In this document: positions 56,885-64,000 of the stretch, in pieces
Layout: each line of letters opens with the position of its first letter
How positions within the stretch are numbered: the first letter of the stretch is position 1
Assembly (NCBI GenBank): GCA_963736115.1
Contig: CAVTNR010000012.1
Location: 192,001-256,000, forward strand
DNA length: 64,000 bases
Direction: 5' to 3'
From: an uncultured bacterium
GTDB lineage: Bacteria > Zhuqueibacterota > QNDG01 > DTFT01
Position numbers and translations under genes: made by a program
Notes under the pieces: model-generated
Told to the model about the DNA's origin: nothing
The model's input: the letters and a program-made list of their open reading frames with translations, nothing else
Database searches by the model: none

Positions 56885-58369
56885 TCAGGGTTTGACGACT
56901 TTTCGCGTCAGCTGCCTGGGGAGAGTGAGAAACGATTCCGGATCCTGAACGATTCCGTGCTTCAAAACCTCGAAGTGCAGGCAGGACCTCGTCCGTCCGA
57001 TGACCTGCCCCATTTCGACCGTTGAGCCGGGCCGGACAGCCAGGCATTGGATATGAAGGTAACGCGTGCGCCATCCCTGGCCGTGATCAACCGTGACCTC
57101 GCTGAATTGCGGAAAAATCTCGTCCGTTCCGCATGAGATCACCCGTCCCGCGGCCGCGGCCAGAACCGTGCAGGGTTTCCCGCCTCTTCCGATGTCCACG
57201 CCGTTGTGATCATACCAGCCGTTCCCGTCCCAATCCCGTCCGCATTGCAGACTGAGAACGCCCCCCGGCACAGGCGGATCAAGCTGGATTTCAGCAACAA
57301 CGGCCGCTTCCGCGAGCCTCGCCATGGGAAGCGCGAACATCGCGAAAACCGCTAAAATCGCCAGGGAGAACGCGGTCCGCCCCCTGCCTGAAAACGCAGG
57401 ACGCTGGATATTTCTCAGCCGCTGGATCATCCGGGTCTTCTCGTCCGCGAAGCGCGGCAGGAGGACCAGGTCGTCGGACGGTTCCAGCCGCATCCGGACG
57501 GTCTCGAGCAAGGCGGTTCCGTACCGCTTGCCGGACATCAACCGCTTCGCCAGCACGGACGCGTCGCGGGACTCTTCGCGAAGCTGGTGCACCTGACGCC
57601 CGGCCAGCCAGACGACGGGATTGAAAAAATAAACGATCTGGACGAGGTTCTGGAGCCGGATCCAGAGATCGTCCCAGTGGCGGACATGGGCCATCTCATG
57701 GGCGATTACGGGTTCGATCGTCCGCTCCGGATCGCTTTTCCGCATGCAGGAGGGCAGGACGATCACGGGACGCAGAATGCCCACGGTAAAAGGCGAAATC
57801 CGGCACGGCCCGAAGGCGAGACGCACCTGCCGCCGGACGCGGAACAGGGTTTGCCATTTCGCCAGAATTTCCAGAAGCCGGACGTCGCGGCAGGATTCCG
57901 CCTCCCAGGCCATTCGCTCGTATTTTTTCAGACGCGTGGCGTATGTCGCGGCCGCGGCGAGCAGGCCCGACAGCCAGGCGAAAAACAGGACGGCGTGCAA
58001 AGTCTGGAACCCGTTTTTCCTCGGGGTCACGCCGGCTTCGACGTGAACAACGGCCGGCGGGGGGGCCGGTTTCAGGGTTTCTGGAACAGTCGCTGAAACG
58101 GCCACAGTCGCCGCGGCCGGGCGTCTCAGTACGGATTCGATCAGCATGCGTCCTGAAAAAGGCGCGGCCAGGTCCGCGGGAAGCAGAAGGCGGACGAACA
58201 CCAGGGACCACAAACCCGCTGCCAGCAGGCGGCACCTGCGGCCGCAGATCAGGGTCAGCGGGAGCACGACCGCGAACAGTACCGCAGAGAATACGGCCTG
58301 CGAGCCCAGGAATCCGACGACCGCGGAAGGCCATCGGACGGCCGCCACGGCCCATGATCCAAAGATCAT
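56885..58369 (-). CDS. BlaR1/M56 peptidase fused to M23-like domain
   Basis: LWSLV.VRLLLP, SPFTVG..RP.IVLP, AHEMAH, YFFNPVVW; then HNGVD, YLH, CLHFEV. Confidence 0.9.
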   Translation of the reverse strand: MIFGSWAVAAVRWPSAVVGFLGSQAVFSAVLFAVVLPLTLICGRRCRLLAAGLWSLVFVRLLLPADLAAPFSGRMLIESVLRRPAAATVAVSATVPETLKPAPPPAVVHVEAGVTPRKNGFQTLHAVLFFAWLSGLLAAAATYATRLKKYERMAWEAESCRDVRLLEILAKWQTLFRVRRQVRLAFGPCRISPFTVGILRPVIVLPSCMRKSDPERTIEPVIAHEMAHVRHWDDLWIRLQNLVQIVYFFNPVVWLAGRQVHQLREESRDASVLAKRLMSGKRYGTALLETVRMRLEPSDDLVLLPRFADEKTRMIQRLRNIQRPAFSGRGRTAFSLAILAVFAMFALPMARLAEAAVVAEIQLDPPVPGGVLSLQCGRDWDGNGWYDHNGVDIGRGGKPCTVLAAAAGRVISCGTDEIFPQFSEVTVDHGQGWRTRYLHIQCLAVRPGSTVEMGQVIGRTRSCLHFEVLKHGIVQDPESFLTLPRQLTRKVVKP

Positions 58370-58743
58370 TCCGATTCCTCCCGGTCCAAAAGCTTTTTCA
58401 ACTCCTCGATCTCATCCTCCGTGAGCCCCTTGGTCCCGGAGAACATGGCGACCACGGTGTCGGTATCCGTCTCAAGCACCCGGTCCGCGAAGAACCGCAC
58501 CATTTTCGTAAGACCCTCCGGCCTGGAAATCAGCGGCCTGTAGACGTACACGCCCCCGGATTCTTTTCTGGACAGCAGTTTTTTGCGTTCCATCCGGTCC
58601 ATCATGGTGCGGACCGTGGTGAGGGCCCAGCCCTGGCTGTGGCGGAGGCTGTCATGCACTTCGCGCACGGATCTCTCCCCGTGCTTCCACAGCACCCGGA
58701 GAATGTCATATTCGGCTTTGGTGAGATCCGGAATCTTTTTCAT
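58366..58743 (-). CDS. BlaI/MecI/CopY-family repressor
   Basis: LTKAEYDILRVLW, VREVH, WALTTVRTMMDRM..K.LL.R, Y.YRP. Confidence 0.93.
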   Translation of the reverse strand: MKKIPDLTKAEYDILRVLWKHGERSVREVHDSLRHSQGWALTTVRTMMDRMERKKLLSRKESGGVYVYRPLISRPEGLTKMVRFFADRVLETDTDTVVAMFSGTKGLTEDEIEELKKLLDREESE

Positions 58744-58774
58744 TCGGCACAACGCTCCGCATGGGCAGGTATCT

Positions 58775-58818
58775 AACTACAACGTAGTTAATATACGTTC
58801 TGAAAGTCGGATGGTCAA
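58775..58818 (-). promoter_or_regulatory. sigma70 promoter with operator over the start site
   Basis: TTGACC-17-TATATT immediately followed by AACTAC-GTT-GTAGTT. Confidence 0.75.
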
Positions 58819-58959
58819 GTCACAAGATGTAAAAAAAATGTATCCGGGAACGGGTTTTAAAAAAACAGAAACCTCCCGCCGGCTTCACCTGCCTGCAGGA
58901 GGTTCATGATACAACCCCGGGGTCGACCCCGGGATTCGTCCGGTTTTCTAAAAACCCGT

Positions 58960-59325
58960 CTATTCCAGCCCGGCCAGAAAGTCCAGGGCTTCCTCGCGCG
59001 AGGAGCAGACCTTGAAATCCCGTCCGCCGACACGCTGAACGGCCTGAAGGGCAATGGTCAGAAGTCCCGAGATGCCGACGACTGTAGCATATTTGACGTG
59101 GGGCGTGTTTTTTTTCACGAAATCACCCAGCGCGGTGAGCGCCTCCATGTCGAAATTCGCGTCTGTTGCGTCAAAAAGCGCCAGAACGGATTTCAGGGGT
59201 TGGGACCGGATGGCCAGTGCGGCCTTCTCCAATGTCTGTTGGAATTCCTCCCCCGGCTTGACTTCCGAGAAGTCTTCAAGCAGAATGTTCTTCCCCTTAT
59301 GCTCGATGAACCGGATTCTTTCCAT
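58960..59325 (-). CDS. Hypothetical protein (STAS/SpoIIAA-like)
   Basis: GGGAGG SD; FIEHKGK.IL..DFS...VVGISGL...EEALDFL. Confidence 0.7.
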   Translation of the reverse strand: MERIRFIEHKGKNILLEDFSEVKPGEEFQQTLEKAALAIRSQPLKSVLALFDATDANFDMEALTALGDFVKKNTPHVKYATVVGISGLLTIALQAVQRVGGRDFKVCSSREEALDFLAGLE

Positions 59326-59508
59326 ATCAAGACCTCCCGACTTCGGATGAGCGTTGCTCCGTATCTCGTCCCGCTCCGTATAAGATAATCATTTCGCACA
59401 CTCCGTACAAGTACGAAACCTGAGGAACAGTCGATGTGCCCGGTCCTCATCCCCGGACCGCCCGGCCGCGAATTGCCGTCGCGGCCGGGATTCGGGGAAC
59501 CACCGTTT

Positions 59509-60039
59509 TCAGTTCCGGCTCTTGATGCCGGTGAGTTCCTTGACGGCCTCAACGTCCGTCCTGGTTCTCACCTCCACGCCCAAGCCCCGGCCCTCGGCGT
59601 ATTTTCTGGATTCGCGCAATTCCTGCTTCAGGCGTTCCGGAAGCCGGCTCCGCATGATTTCCTCAGTCGCCTTTTCTCCGAACGTGAATCCCGCCATGAA
59701 TCCGCCTTCGCGGGGAACGAAGAAGAACAGGTTCCGCTTCCCGCAAAGAACCTTCATGCTCCATCCGTTTTTGACGCCATAAAACTTCCATTCCTCGACA
59801 ATGGGCGGATCGGTCGCGGCCAGATGGGACCGGAGTTCCTCCCACAACCCCATGGTTTTCCCCAGCATTTTCCGGAGCAGAACGTCGTCCGGCTTCCTGG
59901 ATCCGTCGTGCATGGGGTCCGGAGGCACCTCGGGTTTCGATGCGGGCTTCGCACGGACGGGTTTGCGCGCTTTTGCGGTTGTCGCGGATCGGGTCTTCGT
60001 CCGGCTCCTGTTTTTCACGCCGCTTCGTTTTTCAGGCAC
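59509..60039 (-). CDS. DUF3788-like protein
   Basis: EEWKFYG.KNGW.MK....RNLFF..P, KYAEGRGL; start uncertain (GTG 60039 or ATG 59913). Confidence 0.7.
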   Translation of the reverse strand: MPEKRSGVKNRSRTKTRSATTAKARKPVRAKPASKPEVPPDPMHDGSRKPDDVLLRKMLGKTMGLWEELRSHLAATDPPIVEEWKFYGVKNGWSMKVLCGKRNLFFFVPREGGFMAGFTFGEKATEEIMRSRLPERLKQELRESRKYAEGRGLGVEVRTRTDVEAVKELTGIKSRN

Positions 60040-60056
60040 TGGAGGATCCCCTTTCT

Positions 60057-60198
60057 CGCTTTGCGCTTTGCGCTTTGCGCTTTGCGCTTTGCGCATCGAA
60101 CCAGAAACCTTCTCTCAAGCGCAGCCTGAAGGCTGCGGCTACCAAAAACTTACGTTCTTTGCTTTCAACCCGGAACCCGGAACTCGAAACACGGAACC
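60057..60198. repeat. Heptamer arrays CGCTTTG x5 and AACCCGG-like x4
   Basis: cgctttg repeated 60057-60094; aacccgg aacccgg aactcga aacacgg 60166-60198. Confidence 0.85.
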
Positions 60199-60202
60199 TT
60201 TT

Positions 60203-61654
60203 TTAAACCGTTCCCCTACGCTTCTCGAGCTCGCATCGGATTTCCGCGCATTTCTCCCTGGTCAGGATCAGGCGCGAAACCAGCAATATCACGGCCAGCA
60301 GGCCGGCGATCGGAATACCGGCGAGCATGGCGCGTATCCAGAATATCGTCTTCGGTGTCTGCACAGCGGCCGCGGAATTGAAACCCGCCCATCCGAGTAT
60401 GAGCCCGGACACCAGGTACCCTCCCGAATTGCCGAGCTTCAGGATGTAGGAGGAACAGGCGGTGAAGGATCCCTCGCGCCGCTTGCCCGTGTGCAGTTCG
60501 TCGTAGTCGATCACATCGGCGCCGATCGAGCTGTGTACCATCCACAATCCGGCCGAAGCCATGCCCATCAGCCCGGAAGCCACGGTCTGGAGCCACGGGA
60601 TCGCTGGATTGTACAGGAACCAGGACCCGCCGTACCCGATAATCCCGATGGAAGCAGCCGCGATCATCGCATTTTTCTTGCCGATGTGACGAGCCACCTG
60701 TGCGAGAATCGGCGCGCCGATCAGCCCGCCGACCATGAACGCGATACCCATAAAGAAATTCCAGTTATCGCCCCGTATCGTACTGCCCCCGCACACGTAA
60801 TAGACGGTCGCGTAATAGCCCAGCGCCCCGACCATGCTGGTGCCGAGCGTGAACGCGCCGCCCGCGCCGAGCATCAGCCGGAATGGCTGGCATTTCAGGG
60901 TTTCGTAGAACGCGCTCTTGATGGAAATCTTGTCCTTCATCTTGAGCACGACCTTGTCGTAATACCGCTCCTTCACCCGCATAAAGATGATCACAGCGAA
61001 CACCGCCATGAGCACGCCCAGGATGGACGTGTACACCTGCATGCCGCGCAGGGTATTCTTCCCGCTCCCGTCCGGCAGGAGGAACCAGGAGAGGTTCGTG
61101 AAGCGAAGCGCGTAAAAATTGCCCACTTCGAAGATTTTCTGCATCACGCTCCGGTAGGTCATGATGGACGTGCGCTCGTCATAATCGGGGCTCATCTCCG
61201 CGCCGAGGCTGTTGAAGGGAACCGAGAACGCGCTGACAATCGGGAAATAGATCAGGGTGGACAGCGTCATGTACCAGAACACGACCGAGGCGCCGAGAAA
61301 CGTGCGGTCGGCCCACGCGGGCGACACCGCGAACAGCAGGGGAAGGCCGAGCCCGCTGGCGATGCCGGCGAACAGGATGAAGGGCCTGCGGCGGCCGTGC
61401 CGCGACCGTAGATTGTCGGACAGCCAGCCGATGATGGGATCCATCACCGCGTCCCAGATCCGGACAATGGTCAGCGCCAGGCCGACCAGCCACGGGCTGA
61501 CCCCGAGGTAAATGTTGAACACGGCGAATGCGACCCCGGGATACAGCCACAGTCCCCACATATCCACGGCCGTTCCCAGGCCGTATGTCATTTTTGTGAC
61601 TGGGGGGATTCGGTCCGCGGCCGGGCCCTGTTTCTTCTGATCTGCCTGCTTCAT
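60203..61654 (-). CDS. MFS sugar transporter, GPH (MelB-like) family
   Basis: RIWDAVMDPIIGWLSD..RSRHGRRRPFI, VPF.SLGAEM..DYDERT, DVIDYDEL.TG.RREG. Confidence 0.93.
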   Translation of the reverse strand: MKQADQKKQGPAADRIPPVTKMTYGLGTAVDMWGLWLYPGVAFAVFNIYLGVSPWLVGLALTIVRIWDAVMDPIIGWLSDNLRSRHGRRRPFILFAGIASGLGLPLLFAVSPAWADRTFLGASVVFWYMTLSTLIYFPIVSAFSVPFNSLGAEMSPDYDERTSIMTYRSVMQKIFEVGNFYALRFTNLSWFLLPDGSGKNTLRGMQVYTSILGVLMAVFAVIIFMRVKERYYDKVVLKMKDKISIKSAFYETLKCQPFRLMLGAGGAFTLGTSMVGALGYYATVYYVCGGSTIRGDNWNFFMGIAFMVGGLIGAPILAQVARHIGKKNAMIAAASIGIIGYGGSWFLYNPAIPWLQTVASGLMGMASAGLWMVHSSIGADVIDYDELHTGKRREGSFTACSSYILKLGNSGGYLVSGLILGWAGFNSAAAVQTPKTIFWIRAMLAGIPIAGLLAVILLVSRLILTREKCAEIRCELEKRRGTV

Positions 61655-61772
61655 GGAGTCTCCCGGTTGATGGGGATGGGATGCGGATCATAACCGCATC
61701 GGCGGCATTGGGATAAAGCGGTACGGTCCTCCAGTTTTCACGGGCGGACGGGCACGCACCTGCCTCAGCGGT

Positions 61773-62390
61773 TCATTCGTTTTTCCGACTGAAAAACATC
61801 CGGAACTGAACGGTGTTTGAATACACGGCCGGCGCCCGGTCGAAAGGCTGAACCCATGCCCGGGCGGCCATGTCCATAGGCGGGTACCGGACACGGCCGT
61901 TATCGATGACGGGTTCGCCCACCAGCGTCCAGACCGGCCGGTCCCGGTCGTCCAGCCAGGTCCGGCACACTTCGGCCAGACGCAGGGAATCGCCCGGACT
62001 GAAAATCAGCAATCCGTCCCACTGTATCGCATGCGTCAGTATCTCGTCCGACCGGTTCAGCCCGATCGTGATGAAGACCGTGGCATCGTCCCGCCCCCAG
62101 ATCTGCAGTTCTCCGAGCGGCTCTCGCGTTGTGTCAGCCAGGGTCTCGTCGAACACGTTCCTGAGGTCCATGCTGAAACCGAGCCCGCCTTTTCCAGCGG
62201 AGATGTCGTCCAGGTCGCGGTGCACGGCGTCGAGGTCCGGCTGATCGGCCCTCAGAGTCAGGGTGAACACTTCGGACGGCGTCCTGTATGGCGGCAAAGA
62301 TTCCTGGCAGGCCGCAGCCGTCAGCAGAAGGGCCGCAAAGACCGGGAACGCGGCGCATGCGCGGGCAGATCCGTTCGAAGGGCCCTTCAT
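61773..62390 (-). CDS. Hypothetical lipoprotein
   Basis: ATG overlaps TGA of TonB receptor; hydrophobic leader ending LTAAAC. Confidence 0.65.
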   Translation of the reverse strand: MKGPSNGSARACAAFPVFAALLLTAAACQESLPPYRTPSEVFTLTLRADQPDLDAVHRDLDDISAGKGGLGFSMDLRNVFDETLADTTREPLGELQIWGRDDATVFITIGLNRSDEILTHAIQWDGLLIFSPGDSLRLAEVCRTWLDDRDRPVWTLVGEPVIDNGRVRYPPMDMAARAWVQPFDRAPAVYSNTVQFRMFFSRKNE

Positions 62391-64000
62391 TTGAACTCCA
62401 CCCTCAGGCCGGCCCGCACGCGCCGCGGCGCGCAGAATCCGGACGGGTCGTCCAGTTCTCCGCCCACGCGGCCGGATGCGTCCATCCACACGATGTTTCT
62501 CTCGTTGAACACATTCCTCCCGTCCGCGTAGAAGACGACTGCGGACGGCAGCCGGACGCCGGTCCGTACCGTCCACGAGGCCTTGACGTTCACCATGCGC
62601 CACGATCGCATCCGCCTGTTGTTCGGCACGAAAGGCCGGTCCGGATCATCCGGCGTGAAACCGTCGGCCGACGGATACCGGGTGTACGGCAGGGGCGAGT
62701 GGAACTCCGCGAACACGCCCGCCTCCAGGCCGTGTCCGGGCGTCAGGTCGAGACCGGCCTTGAAGGTATGGCGCTGGTCCCAGGACAGCGGATAGAGCCG
62801 GGTCGCTGGCGGAAACCCCCATTCAAAGTATTGGATTCCGTTGTTCTCCGAGCCGCCGATGCCCTCGGCCGTCATATATGTGTAGGATAAGTTTCCATTG
62901 AGGCGCCGGCCGCGTTCGCGGCTGAGGCTGATTTCAACTCCGGACGCCTCGGTTCTGTCGTTGTTCACATATTCCGCGAAACCGTAATCGCCGAGCATAC
63001 GGCTGTTGGTCGGGATGAATGTTCGGGTGTCCACCTGGTTGCGTGACTGCTTGGAATAAACCGTCAGGGACAGCACTCCGGCCGGCGGCACCGACCATTT
63101 CAGCCCGGCCTCCCAGACCTGGTTCGTTTCGGGTTTCAGATCCGGATTGCCTTTGATGACGCTCATGCCGTTCCGCAGGGTGCGGTTGTCAAGACCGGCG
63201 TAGAGATAGTGGAAGGCGGGGAATTGGGCGTACCAGCCGAGATTGCTGAACAGCTGAAGCCTCGGCGACAGCGGCGCCGTGAATCCGGCCCTGGGGCTCA
63301 CCACGGACTTGAATGAAGCGGGCACGCGGCGGCTGACCCGGCCCTCATACTCGTCCGGCTTCACCGGAATCCATTCCACCATGGGCCGGTCAGCTCTGGG
63401 ATCGAGAAAATCCCAGCGCACGCCCGCGCTGATCAACCCGCCCTCGCGCGTCAGCTCGTACCGGTTCTGCAGGAACAGGCTCCCGGACACGGGCGCTGTG
63501 GAGTAGCGCGTGCTGAAATCGAGCGGCGGCCGGTCCGGCAGGGGCCGTCCGTAAAAGGTCGTCTGCGGTTCGGTCTTGGACCAGTCTCCGCGGATGCCGT
63601 GGAAACGGATTTCGAACCCGGTCTTGACCAGCGAATGGTCGTTGATCTGGCTGGTCGCGGTTCCGCGCACGATGCCGATTTCCTGGCGGTCGTCCGCGCG
63701 CCAGGCACGTCCGCCGGAGATCACATACTGGAGAAAAAAGTCGTAGCCATAGGGCACCGCGTCCGCAATCCACGCGTCGCTTCCGATGCGGCTTCTCATC
63801 CGGCAGTAGTTGAAATCGAGATTCAGCACCGTGTTTTTCGAAAGGACGAGAGAGAAGAGCAAGGCCGCCCAGGCCGCGTCCCGGTTCCGCGGGGGCAGGC
63901 CGTCGAGGTTGTACCGCCAGCTGAACTCGTAATCGCGCCACTCCCGGGTCGACGCCAGCGCCTGGCCGGAGACGCGCAGGGCCGGGCCGAACCGTCCGTC
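62387..64000 (-). CDS. TonB-dependent receptor, C-terminal part (5' end outside window)
   Basis: Frame open to 64000; SPRAG, GNPDLKPE, LSWDQRHT, NVFNERN, PRRVRAGLRVEF. Confidence 0.88.
   Translation of the reverse strand, partial: DGRFGPALRVSGQALASTREWRDYEFSWRYNLDGLPPRNRDAAWAALLFSLVLSKNTVLNLDFNYCRMRSRIGSDAWIADAVPYGYDFFLQYVISGGRAWRADDRQEIGIVRGTATSQINDHSLVKTGFEIRFHGIRGDWSKTEPQTTFYGRPLPDRPPLDFSTRYSTAPVSGSLFLQNRYELTREGGLISAGVRWDFLDPRADRPMVEWIPVKPDEYEGRVSRRVPASFKSVVSPRAGFTAPLSPRLQLFSNLGWYAQFPAFHYLYAGLDNRTLRNGMSVIKGNPDLKPETNQVWEAGLKWSVPPAGVLSLTVYSKQSRNQVDTRTFIPTNSRMLGDYGFAEYVNNDRTEASGVEISLSRERGRRLNGNLSYTYMTAEGIGGSENNGIQYFEWGFPPATRLYPLSWDQRHTFKAGLDLTPGHGLEAGVFAEFHSPLPYTRYPSADGFTPDDPDRPFVPNNRRMRSWRMVNVKASWTVRTGVRLPSAVVFYADGRNVFNERNIVWMDASGRVGGELDDPSGFCAPRRVRAGLRVEFK

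Noticed and set aside
58915-58933. CCCCGGGGTCGACCCCGGG palindrome (partial copy at ~5607-5621) as a recombination site
   Set aside because: Only two short GC-rich copies and no recombinase; likely another minor repeat or terminator
1384-60198. Short repeat arrays as CRISPR
   Set aside because: 7-bp tandem units without unique spacers; no cas genes

Overview
GC-rich bacterial chromosome segment, mostly minus-strand genes, with no rRNA, tRNA, CRISPR array, integrase or transposase seen. Secreted proteins with NYPNPFNP-type C-terminal sorting domains, a GTP-dependent PEPCK, DUF2723/DUF1844/DUF4139/DUF5916 proteins, consensus sigma70 promoters and strong SD sequences suggest a non-Bacteroidota FCB-group organism such as KSB1, Calditrichota or Ignavibacteria (inference). 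The window holds housekeeping genes (lysA, pckG, gdhA, accA, purE, recG, valS) and a sigma54 two-component cassette. It also holds carbohydrate genes (GH9, two tandem CBM9-like secreted proteins, GH115, GH8, an esterase-PA14 fusion, a GPH transporter, a TonB receptor), a BlaI/BlaR1-M23 module with two operator copies, and a glycosylation cluster centred on a DUF2723/TMEM260-like GT-C. Best candidate for something new: an unannotated ~75-nt RNA (about 45059-45132) with a consensus sigma54 promoter, upstream activator-like palindromes, an anti-Shine-Dalgarno seed and its own terminator. Its 12-nt seed is perfectly complementary to the SD of a small uORF in the long leader of the CBM9-like gene at 7545-7556. 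Intergenic DNA is full of orphan repeat families (heptamer arrays, GTAG-type REP/REPIN-like units). Two genes carry single-base frameshifts.
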